A DNA stretch of 64,000 nucleotides. It comes from Balanoglossus misakiensis (Eukaryota > Animalia > Hemichordata). The stretch is taken from assembly GCA_040954595.2 (NCBI GenBank), contig CM082590.2:868001-932000 (forward strand), read 5' to 3'. Below, piece after piece: positions 45,401 through 56,082 of the stretch (position 1 is its first letter; every line of letters begins with the position of its first letter). The notes below the pieces were generated by a model, which ran no database searches, was not told the origin of the DNA, and saw only the letters and a list, made by a program, of their open reading frames with translations. The translations under genes were made by a program, and so were the position numbers.

Positions 45401-45726
45401 TCTGAGATCTGAGATTTGCATTTTTTCAGAAAATCCAAGATGGCCGCCAGGTCATGTGACTAATTAAAAATTCATGGGTTCAATGCACGACTACTCATTG
45501 ACCTTGACCACTGTAGCAAGTTTGAGAACTGTACCTGCAGTGGTGTCTGAGATCTAGAGCGACAAAGAATTGACAGAAGAATAAAGAAAGAAGAAAGAAA
45601 GAAAGAAGGAAAGACAGAAAAACCCCAACGAAACCAATAGGGCCCAAGCGCTGGCTTGCGCTTGGGCCCTAAAAAACCCCAACGAAACCAATAGGGCCCA
45701 AGCGCTGGTATGCGCTTGGGCCCTAA
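42487..45726 (-). mobile_element. Nested HINE-like element E (own sequence 42487-44171 + 45673-45726, 1739 bp; one extra internal unit of about 238 bp)
   Basis: Same termini; loop TGGTAT. Excision restores GACAGAAAAACCCC in D (2 A left + 3 A right). Confidence 0.82.
44172..45672 (-). mobile_element. Innermost, uninterrupted HINE-like element F (1501 bp)
   Basis: Runs from TTAAAGCTGCAAGCAGC to GCGCTTGGGCCCTAA and retains the empty target GACAGAAAAACCCC (A run 45618-45622). Excision restores the same sequence in E. Confidence 0.88.
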
Positions 45727-45939
45727 AAACCCCAACGAAACCAATAGGGCCCAAGCGCTGGTATGCGCTTGGGCCCTAAAAAACCCCAACGAAACCAATA
45801 GGGCCCAAGCGCTTGCTTGCGCTTGGGCCCTAAAAAACCCCAACGAAACCAATAGGGCCCAAGCGCTTGCTTGCGCTTGGGCCCTAAAAATTCCAACAAT
45901 ACCAATAGGGGCACAAGCCCGATAGGCTTGTGCCCCTAA
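45618..45939. repeat. Stack of six 52-54 bp units, each with a perfect 14-bp hairpin (stacked element termini)
   Basis: Five copies of TAGGGCCCAAGCGC-N6-GCGCTTGGGCCCTA and one of TAGGGGCACAAGCC-CGATA-GGCTTGTGCCCCTA (45906-45938). Confidence 0.97.
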
Positions 45940-48900
45940 TAAACGAGGCTGTTTGGAAGCAACCATGGAAATATTAGAACTATCCGTCGATCTACAGAGT
46001 CTAGTGGATAACTTTCTTATGCGCATAGGCCTATCATGTGTTATGCGCATCACAACAGAATTTTGTAAACAAATGAGGCTGTTTGGAAGCAACCATGGAA
46101 ATTTTAGAACTATCCGTCGATCTACAGAGTCTAGTGGATAACTTTCTTATGCGCATAGGCCTATCATGTGTTATGCGCATCACAACATAATTTTGTAAAC
46201 AAACGAGGCTTTGTTTGGAAGCAACCATGGAAATTTTAGAACTATCCGTCGATCTACAGAGTCTAGTGGAAAACTTTCTTATGCGCATAGGCCTATCATG
46301 TGTTATGCGCATCACAACAGAATTTTGTAAACAAACGAGGCTTTGTTTGGAAGCAACCATGGAAGTTTTAGAACTATCCGTCGATCTACAGAGTCTAGTG
46401 GAAAACTTTCTTATGCGCATAGGCCTATCATGTGTTATGCGCATCACAACAGAATTTTGTAAACAAACGAAGCTGTTTGGAAGCAACCATGGAATTTTTA
46501 GAACTATCCGTCGATCTACAGAGTCTAGTGGATAACGTTCTTATGGGCATAGGCCTATCATGTGTTCTTCGCATCACAACAGAATTTTGTAAACAAACGA
46601 GGCTTTGTTTGGAAGCAACCATTGAAGTTTTAGAACTATCCGTCGATCTACAGAGTCTAGAGGAAAACTTTCTTATGCGCATAGGCCTATCATGTGTTAT
46701 GCTCATCACAACCGAATTTTGTAAAAAAACGAGGCTTTGTTTGGAAGCAACCATAGACATTTTAGAACTATCCGTCGATCTACAGAGTCTAGTGGATAAC
46801 GTTCTTATGCGCATTGGCCTATCATGTGTTATGCACATCACAACAGAATTTTGTAAACAAACGAGGCTGTTTGGAAGCAACCATGGAAATTTTAGAACTA
46901 TCCGTCGATCTACAGGGTCTAGTGGAAACTTTCTTATGCGCATAGGCCTATCATGTGTTATGCGCATCACAACAGAATTTTGTAAACAAACGAGGCTTCG
47001 TTTGGAAGCAACCATGGACATTTTAGAACTATCCGTCGATCTACAGAGTCTAGTGGATAACGTTCTTATGCGCATAGGCCTATCATGTGTTCTTCGCATC
47101 ACAACAGAATTTTGTAAACAAACGAGGCTGTTGGGAAGCAACCATGGAAATTTTAGAACTATCCCTCGATCTACAGAGTCTAGTGGAAAAAATTCTTATG
47201 CGCATAGGCCTATCTATGTGTTCTGCGTCTCACAACAGAAATCGGTAAATAAACGAGGCTGTTTGGAAGCAACCATGGAAATTTTAGAACTGTCCCTCGA
47301 TCTACAGAGTCTAACTTTCTTATGCGCATAGGCCTATCTATGTGTTCTGCGTCTCACAACAGAATTCGGTAAACAAACAAGGCTGTTTGGAAGCAACTAT
47401 GGACATTTTAGAACTATCCGTCGATCTACAGAGTCTAGTGGAAAACTTTCTTATGCGCATAGGCCTATCTATGTGTTCTGCGCCTCACAACAGAATTCGG
47501 TAAACAAACGAGGCTGTTTGGAAGCAACCATGGAAATTTTAAAACTATCCGTCGGTCTACAGAGTCTAGTGGATAACGTTCGTATGCGCATAGGCCTATC
47601 ATGTGTTATGCGCATCACAACAGAATTTTGTAAAAAAACGAGGCTTTGTTTGGAAGCAACCATGGACATTTTAGAACTATCCGTCGATCTACAGGGTCTA
47701 GTGGAAACTTTCTTATGCGCATAGGCCTATCATGTGTTATGCGCATCACAACAGAATTTTGTAAACAAACGAGGCTTCGTTTGGAAGCAACCATGGACAT
47801 TTTAGAACTATCCGTCGATCTACAGAGTCTAGTGGATAACGTTCTTATGCGCATAGGCCTATCATGTGTTCTTCGCATCACAACAGAATTTTGTAAACAA
47901 ACGAGGCTGTTGGGAAGCAACCATGGAAATTTTAGAACTATCCCTCGATCTACAGAGTCTAGTGGAAAAATTTCTTATGCGCATAGGCCTATCTATGTGT
48001 TCTGCGCCTCACAACAGAATTCGGTAAACAAACGAGGCTGTTTGGAAGCAACCATGGAAATTTTAAAACTATCCGTCGATCTACAGAGTCTAGTGGAAAA
48101 CTTTCTTATGCGCATAGGCCTATCTATGTGTTCTGCGCCTCACAACAGAAATCGGTAAATAAACGAGGCTGTTTGGAAGCAACCATGGGAATTTTAGAAC
48201 TATCCGTCGATCTACAGACTCTAGTGGAAAACTTTCTTATGCGCATAGGCCTATCTATGTGTTCTGCGCCTCACAACAGAATTCGGTAAACAAACGAGGC
48301 TGTTTGGAAGCAACCATGGAAATTTTAAAACTATCCGTTGATCTACAGAGTCTAGTGGAAAACTTTCTGATGCGCATAGGCCTATCATGTGTTCTGCGTC
48401 TCACAACAGAAATCGGTAAATAAACGAGGCTGTTTGGAAGAAACCATGGAAATTTTAGAACTATCCCTCGATCTACAGAGTCTAGTGGAAAACTTTCTTA
48501 TGCGCATAGGCCTATCTATGTGTTCTGCGCCTCACAACAGAATTCGGTAAACAAACGAGGCTGTTTGGAAGCAACCATGGAAATTTTAGAACTATCCGTC
48601 GATCTACAGAGTCTAGTGGAAAACTTTCTTATGCGCATAGGCCTATCATGTGTTATGCGCATCACAACAGAATTTTGTAAACAAACGAGGCTGTTTTTAA
48701 GCAACCATGGACATTTTAGAACTATCCGTCGATCTACAGAGTCTAGTGGAAAACTTTCTTATGCGCATAGGCCTATCTATGTGTTCTGCGCCTCACAACA
48801 GAATTCGGTAAACAAACGAGGCTGTTTGGAAGCAACCATGGAAATTTTAAAACTATCCGTCGATCTACAGAGTCTAGTGGATAACGTTCTTATGCGCATA

Positions 48901-51900
48901 GGCCTATCATGTGTTCTTCGCATCACAACAGAATTTTGTAAACAAACGAGGCTGTTGGGAAGCAACCATGGAAATTTTAGAACTATCCCTCGATCTACAG
49001 AGTCTAGTGGAAAAATTTCTTATGCGCATAGGCCTATCTATGTGTTCTGCGCCTCACAACAGAATTCGGTAAACAAACGAGGCTGTTTGGAAGCAACCAT
49101 GGAAATTTTAAAACTATCCGTCGATCTACAGAGTCTAGTGGAAAACTTTCTTATGCGCATAGGCCTGTCTATGTGTTCTGCGCCTCACAACAGAATTCGG
49201 TAAACAAACGAGGCTGTTTGGAAGCAACCATGGAAATTTTAAAACTATCCGTTGATCTACAGAGTCTAGTGGAAAACTTTCTGATGCGCATAGGCCTATC
49301 ATGTGTTCTGCGTCTCACAACAGAAATCGGTAAATAAACGAGGCTGTTTGGAAGCAACCATGGAAATTTTAGAACTATCCCTCGATCTACAGAGTCTAGT
49401 GGAAAACTTTCTTATGCGCATAGGCCTATCTATGTGTTCTGCGCCTCACAACAGAATTCGGTAAACAAACGAGGCTGTTTGGAAGCAACCATGGAAATTT
49501 TAGAACTATCCGTCGATCTACAGAGTCTAGTGGAAAACTTTCTTATGCGCATAGGCCTATCATGTGTTATGCGCATCACAACAGAATTTTGTAAACAAAC
49601 GAGGCTGTTTGGAAGCAACCATGGAAATTTTAAAACTATCCGTCGATCTACAGAGTCTAGTGGATAACGTTCTTATGCGCATAGGCCTATCATGTGTTCT
49701 TCGCATCACAACAGAATTTTGTAAACAAACGAGGCTGTTGGGAAGCAACCATGGAAATTTTAGAACTATCCCTCGATCTACAGAGTCTAGTGGAAAAATT
49801 TCTTATGCGCATAGGCCTATCTATGTGTTCTGCGCCTCACAACAGAATTCGGTAAACAAACGAGGCTGTTTGGAAGCAACCATGGAAATTTTAAAACTAT
49901 CCGTCGATCTACAGAGTCTAGTGGAAAACTTTCTCATGCGCATAGGCCTATCATGTGTTATGCGCATCACAACAGAATTTTGTAAACAAACGAGGCTGTT
50001 TTTAAGCAACCATGGAAATTTTAGAATTATCCGTCGATCTACAGAGTCTAGTGGAAAACTTTCTAATGCGCATAGGCCTATCATGTGTTATGCGCATCAC
50101 AACAGAATTTTGTAAACAAACGAGGCTGTTTGGAAGCAACCATGGAAGTTTTAGAACTATCCGTCGATCTACAGAGTCTAGTGGAAAACTTTCTTATGCG
50201 CATTGGCCTATCATGTGTTATGCACATCACAACAGAATTTTGTAAACAAACGAGGGTTTGTTTGGAAGCAACCATGGAAATTTAAGAACTATCCGTCGAT
50301 CTACAGAGTCTAGTGGAAAACTTTCTTATGCGCATAGGCCTATCATGTGTTATGCGCATCACAACAGAAATTTGTAAACAAACGAGGCTGTTTGGAGCAA
50401 CCATGGAAATTATAGAACTATCCGTCGATCTACAGAGTCTAGTGGAAAACTTTCTTATGCGCATAGACTTATCATGTGTTATGCGCATCACAACAGAATT
50501 TTGTAAACAAACGAGGCTGTTTGGAAGCAACCATGGAAATTTTAGAACTATACGTCGATCTACAGAGTCTAGTGGAAAACTTTCTGATGCGCATTGGCCT
50601 ATCATGTGTTATACGCATCACAACAGAATTTTGTAAACAAACGAGGCTTTGTTTGGAAGCAACCATGGAAATTTTAGAACTATCCGTCGATCTACAGAGT
50701 CTAGTGGAAAACTTTCTGATGCGCATAGGCCTATCATGTGTTATGCGCATCACAACAGAAATTTGTAAACAAACGAGGCTGTTTGGAGCAACCATGGAAA
50801 TTATAGAACTATCCGTCGATCTACAGAGTCTAGTGGAAAACTTTCTTATGCGCATAGACTTATCATGTGTTATGCGCATCACAACAGAATTTTGTAAACA
50901 AACGAGGCTGTTTGGAAGCAACCATGGAAATTTTAGAACTATACGTCGATCTACAGAGTCTAGTGGAAAACTTTCTGATGCGCATTGGCCTATCATGTGT
51001 TATACGCATCACAACAGAATTTTGTAAACAAACGAGGCTTTGTTTGGAAGCAACCATGGAAATTTTAGAACTATCCGTCGATCTACAGAGTCTAGTGGAA
51101 AACTTTCTGATGCGCATAGGCCTATCATGTGTTATGCGCATCACAACAGAATTTTGTAAACAAACGAGGCTGTTTTTAAGCAACCATGGAAATTTTAACT
51201 CTATCCGTCGATCTACAGAGTCTAATGGAAAATGTTCTGAGGCGCATAGGCCTATCATGTGTTATGCGCATCACAACAGAATTTTGTAAACAAACGAGGC
51301 TGTTTTTAAGCAACCATGGAAATTTTAGAATTATCCATCGATCTACAGAGTCTAGTGGATAACTTTCTTATGCGCATAGGCCTATCATGTGTTATGCGCA
51401 TCACAACAGAATTTTGTAAACAAACGAGGCTGTTTTTAAGCAACCATGGACATTTTAGAACTATCCGTCGATCTACAGAGTCTAGTGGAAAACTTTCATA
51501 TGCACATAGGCCTATCATGTGTTATGCGCATCACAACAGAATTCGGTAAACAAACGAGGCTGTTGGGAAGAAACCATGGAAATTGTAAAACTATCCGTCG
51601 ATCTACAGAGTCTAGTGGAAAACTTTCTTATGCGCATAGGCTTATCTATGTGTTCTGCGCCTCACAGCATAAATCGGTAAATGAACGAGGCTGTTTGGAA
51701 GCAACCATGGAAATTTTAGAACTATCCGTCGATCTACAGTCTAGTGGAAAACTTTCTTATGCGCATAGGCCTATCTATGTGTTCTGCGCCTCACAACAGA
51801 ATTCGGTAAACAAACGAGGCTTTGTTTGGAAGCAACCATGGACATTTTAGAACTATCCGTCGATCTACAGAGTCTAGTGGATAACGTTCTTATGCGCATA

Positions 51901-54900
51901 GGCCTATCATGTGTTCTTCGCATCACAACATAATTTTGTAAACAAACGAGGCTGTTGGGAAGCAACCATGGAAATTTTAGAACTATCCCTCGATCTACAG
52001 AGTCTAGTGGAAAAATTTCTTATGCGCATAGGCCTATCTATGTGTTCTGCGCCTCACAACAGAATTCGGTAAACAAACGAGGCTGTTTGGAAGCAACCAT
52101 GGAAATTTTAAAAGTATCCGTCGATCTACAGAGTCTAGTGGAAAACTTTCTTATGCGCATAGGCCTATCTATGTGTTCTGCGCCTCACAACAGAATTCGG
52201 TAAACAAACGAGGCTGTTTGGAAGCAACCATGGAAATTTTAAAACTATCCGTCGATCTACAGAGTCTAGTGGAAAACTTTCTTATGCGCATAGGCCTATC
52301 TATGTGTTCTGCGCCTCACAACAGAAATCGGTAAATAAACGACGCTGTTTGGAAGCAACCATGGAAATTTTAGAACTATCCGTCGATCTACAGAGTCTAG
52401 TGGAAAACTTTCTTATGCGCATTGGCCTATCTATGTGTTCTGCGCCTCACAACAGAATTCGGTAAACAAACGAGGCTGTTTGGAAGCAACCATGGAAATT
52501 TTAAAACTATCCGTCGATCTACAGGGTCTAGTAGAAACTTTCTTATGCGCATAGGGCTATCATGTGTTATGCGCATCACAACAGAATTTTGTAAACAAAC
52601 GAAGCTGTTTGGAAGCAACCATGGAATTTTTAGAACTATCCGTCGATCTACAGAGTCTAGTGGAAAACTTTCTTATGCGCATTGGCCTATCATGTGTTAC
52701 GCGCAATACAACAGAATTTTGTAAAAAACGAGGCTTTGTTTGGAAGCAACCATGGACATTTTAGAACTATCCGTCGATCTACAGAGTCTAGTGGATAACG
52801 TTCTTATGCGCATAGGCCTATCATGTGTTCTTCGCATCACAACATAATTTTGTAAACAAACGAGGCTGTTGGGAAGCAACCATGGAAATTTTAGAACTAT
52901 CCCTCGATCTACAGAGTCTAGTGGAAAAATTTCTTATGCGCATAGGCCTATCTATGTGTTCTGCGCCTCACAACAGAATTCGGTAAACAAACGAGGCTGT
53001 TTGGAAGCAACCATGGAAATTTTAAAACTATCCGTCGATCTACAGAGTCTAGTGGAAAACTTTCTTATGCGCATAGGCCTATCTATGTGTTCTGCGCCTC
53101 ACAACAGAAATCGGTAAATAAACGAGGCTGTTTGGAAGCAACCATGGAAATTTTAGAATTATCCGTCGATCTACAGAGTCTAGTGGAAAACTTTCTGATG
53201 CGCATAGGCCTATCTATGTGTTCTGCGTCTCACACCAGAATTCGGTAAACAAACGAGGCTGTTTGGAAGCAACCATGGAAATTTTAGAACTATCCGTCGA
53301 TCTACAGAGTCTAGTGGAAAACTTTCTTATGTGCATAGGCCTATCTATGTGTTCTGCGCCTCACAACAGAATTCGGTAAACAAACGAGGCTGTTTGGAAG
53401 CAACCATGGAAATTTTAAAACTATCCGTCGATCTACAGAGTCTAGTGGAAAACTTTCTTATGCGCATAGGCCTATCTATGTGTTCTGCGCCTCACAACAG
53501 AAATCGGTAAATAAACGAGGCTGTTTGGAAGCAACCATGGAAATTTTAGAACTATCCGTCGATCTACATAGTCTAGTGGAAAACTTTCTTATGCGCATAG
53601 GCCTATCTATGTGTTCTGCGTCTCACAACAGTATTCGGTAAACAAACGAGGCTGTTTGGAAGCAACCATGGAAATTTTAGAACTATCCGTCGATCTACAG
53701 GGTCTAGTGGAAAACTTTCTTATGCGCATAGGCCTATCATGTGTTCTGCGCCTCACAACAGAAATCGGTAAATAAACGAGGCTGTTTGGAGCAACCATGG
53801 AAATTTTAGAACTATCCGTCGATCTACAGAGTCTAGTGGAAAACTTTCTTATGCGCATTGGCCTATCATGTGTTATGCGCATCACAACAGAATTTTGTAA
53901 ACAAACGAGGCTGTTTTTAAGCAACCATGGACATTTTAGAACTATCCGTCGATCTACAGAGTCTAGTGGAAAACTTTCTTGTGCGCATAGGCCTATCTAT
54001 GTGTTCTGCCCCTCACAACAGAATTCGGTAAACAAACAAGGCTGTTTGGAAGCAACCATGGAAATTTAAGAACTATCCGTCGATCTACAGAGTCTAGTGG
54101 AAAACTTTCTTATGCGCATAGGCCTATTATGTGTTATGCGCATCACAACAGAAATTTGTAAACAAACGAGGCTGTTTGGAGCAACCATGGAAATTATAGA
54201 ACTATCCGTCGATCTACAGAGTCTAGTGGAAAACTTTCTGATGCGCATAGGCCTATCATGTGTTATGCGCATCACAACAGAATTTTGTAAACAAACGAGG
54301 CTGTTTTTAAGCAACCATGGAAATTTTAACTCTATCCGTCGATCTACAGAGTCTAATGGAAAATGTTCTGAGGCGCATAGGCCTATCATGTGTTATGCGC
54401 ATCACAACAGAAATTTGTAAACAAACGAGGCTGTTTTTAAGCAACCATGGAAATTTTAGAATTATCCATCGATCTACAGAGTCTAGTGGATAACTTTCTT
54501 ATGCGCATAGGCCTATCATGTGTTATGCGCATCACAACAGAATTCGGTAAACAAACGAGGCTGTTGGGAAGAAACCATGGAAATTGTAAAACTATCCGTC
54601 GATCTACAGAGTCTAGTGGAAAACTTTCTTATGCGCATAGGCTTATCTATGTGTTCTGCGCCTCACAGCATAAATCGGTAAATGAACGAGGCTGTTTGGA
54701 AGCAACCATGGAAATTTTAGAACTATCCGTCGATCTACAGAGTCTAGTGGAAAACTTTCTTATGCGCATAGGCCTATCTATGTGTTCTGCGCCTCACAAC
54801 AGAATTCGGTAAACAAACGAGGCTGTTTGGAAGCAACCATGGAAATTTTAAAACTATCCGTCGATCTACAGAGTCTAGTGGAAAACTTTCTGATGCGCAT

Positions 54901-55028
54901 AGGCCTATCATGTGTTCTGCGTCTCACAACAGAAATCGGTAAATAAACGAGGCTGTTTGGAAGCAACCATGGAAATTTTAGAACTATCCGTCGATCTACA
55001 GAGTCTAGTGGAAAACTTTCTTATGCGC
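45940..55028. repeat. Satellite array continued (about 69 monomers, same orientation and phase)
   Basis: Same 130-132 bp monomer; resumes in register after the nested insertion. Confidence 0.99.
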
Positions 55029-55760
55029 TGGTCCGTTGAGAAATAGTTTATAGCTATTGGAAGCCCGCCCTCACATACCGGAAATGAGCACTTATATGTG
55101 ACCTCTTATGAACCCTGTTTTTACCGCCATTTCTGTTTACACGTCGTGAACACTGTACGGACGCTGTTCCTGTGAAACCTGTTGGTTTACTGTTTTGTTC
55201 GCCGATTTACTGTTCTGTAGTTACAGTGGAGTCTTGCCAAAGAAGTAAGAACTCTTTGCTATTGTTTTTAGATGTTTCAGATGTTAGATCATGTTGTTTA
55301 GACTGTTCGAGAAATGCTATCAAATATATCAGACTGTCAGTTCAGTTGATTATGGCCGTTTGCACGCCTGTCATCCGTTTTTCAGTATCGAAAATATGAT
55401 CGGTTTTCGTGAATTACTGATAGAGACTCTGTTGAATCAGTGAATTTAGACTGCCCGTTTTCAGATGTTATTCAGAGCGATGGACATGAACCGGACTGTC
55501 CGTGTCAGAGGACAATTTCAGTGTTGAATGCAAACAGCTATCTGGCCGTGTCGATTTTGTGTTTAGTTACACGAACGAGGATTGATGGTCACGCTTGTGT
55601 AGAGGCGTGTTTTGGATTCACCTGTACTTATTGTGAATTGTTGTGATTGTTACGTTTTCAGATCGAATAAAGTAAAGTATCTCAGAGCGAGTTTATTTAA
55701 CTTATACGGTTACCAAGACTCTGTTGCCTGTTGTTTGGTCCACATTCCCTGAGGGTCGCA
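55029..55760 (+). repeat. 5' LTR (732 bp)
   Basis: TGGTCCGTTG...GGGTCGCA; matches 61092-61823 at offset 6063; AATAAA at 55666-55671. Confidence 0.96.
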
Positions 55761-55810
55761 TCATTCGATTTCTGTAAACTGCTAACCCGGATCCTAGAGA
55801 GTGTGGATAT

Positions 55811-56056
55811 ATGATGGCGGACACTGAGAATCAAACGAAGGAAGCAAAGAAGAAAAGAAGGAATGCCAAATCGTCACTGACTCGTCACGGTAATGGCCTG
55901 AGAACTCTGATAGACAATAACCGTCCCAGAAATGAAATTGATCAGTCACTGCAGAAGTTTATTGAAGTATATGATGACCTGATTCAGAAACATGAACAAT
56001 ATATATTTAGTATATTGATGATGATGAAGAGTTTGAACATGAAGAAATATGGGTAG
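55811..56056 (+). pseudogene. N-terminal gag segment, out of frame with the main polyprotein
   Basis: MADTENQTKEAKKKRRNAKSSLTR...KHEQYIFS continues plausibly as IDDDEEFEHEEIWVEECQQKFISMKSQ in the frame of the long ORF if 2 bp (AT) are removed near 56011-56015. Confidence 0.7.
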
Positions 56057-56082
56057 AAGAATGTCAACAGAAATTCATAAGT

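Larger units (their letters stand above)
41034..45779 (-). mobile_element. Nested HINE-like element D (own sequence 41034-42486 + 45727-45779, 1506 bp)
   Basis: Same termini; hairpin loop TGGTAT. Excision restores GAAAAACCCC in C. Confidence 0.82.
39605..45833 (-). mobile_element. Nested HINE-like element C (own sequence 39605-41033 + 45780-45833, 1483 bp)
   Basis: Starts TTAAAGCTGCAAGCAGCATTGTTGGGCCCAAGCGCT; terminal hairpin loop TTGCTT. Excision restores GAAAAACCCC in B. Confidence 0.82.
38174..45887 (-). mobile_element. Nested HINE-like element B (own sequence 38174-39604 + 45834-45887, 1485 bp)
   Basis: Starts TTAAAGCTGCAAGCAGCATTGTCCGGGCCCAAGC and ends in a hairpin with loop TTGCTT plus AA. 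Excision restores AAAGAAAAATTCC in element A. Confidence 0.82.
36952..45939 (-). mobile_element. Nested cluster of six non-autonomous Helentron-type (HINE/DINE-1-like) elements; outermost element A = 36952-38173 + 45888-45939 (1274 bp)
   Basis: Removing 36952-45939 restores the satellite sequence GGTAAA^TAAACGAGG with no duplication. On the minus strand the layout is 5' palindrome/subTIR, T-run, microsatellite, internal tandem repeats, 3' subTIR, short stem-loop (GCTGC-TT-GCAGC), TTTAA, as described for HINE/DINE-1. SubTIR GGGGCACAAGC at 36975-36985 pairs with GCTTGTGCCCC at 45926-45936. No coding capacity. The family assignment is structural only. Confidence 0.85.

Noticed and set aside
36952-45617. 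Simple tandem macrosatellite of about 1.45 kb, or head-to-tail rolling-circle concatemer
   Set aside because: A head-to-tail array would put one hairpin end after each body. Here all six are stacked at the far end in mirror order, and junction A counts fit nesting.
45618-45939. Palindromic repeats of about 34 bp at regular spacing, resembling a CRISPR or REP array
   Set aside because: The intervening sequences are near-identical rather than unique spacers, there are no cas genes, the context is eukaryotic, and the units are fully explained as stacked transposon termini.
37674-46092. Short ORFs inside the nested elements and the hairpin stack (e.g. 45472-46092)
   Set aside because: They are repeat-derived, not consistently preserved among copies, and show no Rep/helicase or other motifs.
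1-55028. Hundreds of 60-300 aa ORFs (MEATMEILELSVDLQSL..., MRITHDRPMRIRK...) on both strands
   Set aside because: They are translations of the satellite monomer. Frames open and close with the 130/131/132-bp indels, and there is no domain or codon constraint.
55023-55028. 6-bp TSD ATGCGC
   Set aside because: It would require the LTR to end in GC. The A at 61823 is also present at the end of the 5' LTR (55760) and completes the TG...CA termini, so the TSD is the 5-bp TGCGC.
55172-55646. 75-aa and 68-aa ORFs duplicated at 61235-61709
   Set aside because: They are duplicated only because they lie in the LTRs; both have GTG starts and no recognisable motifs.
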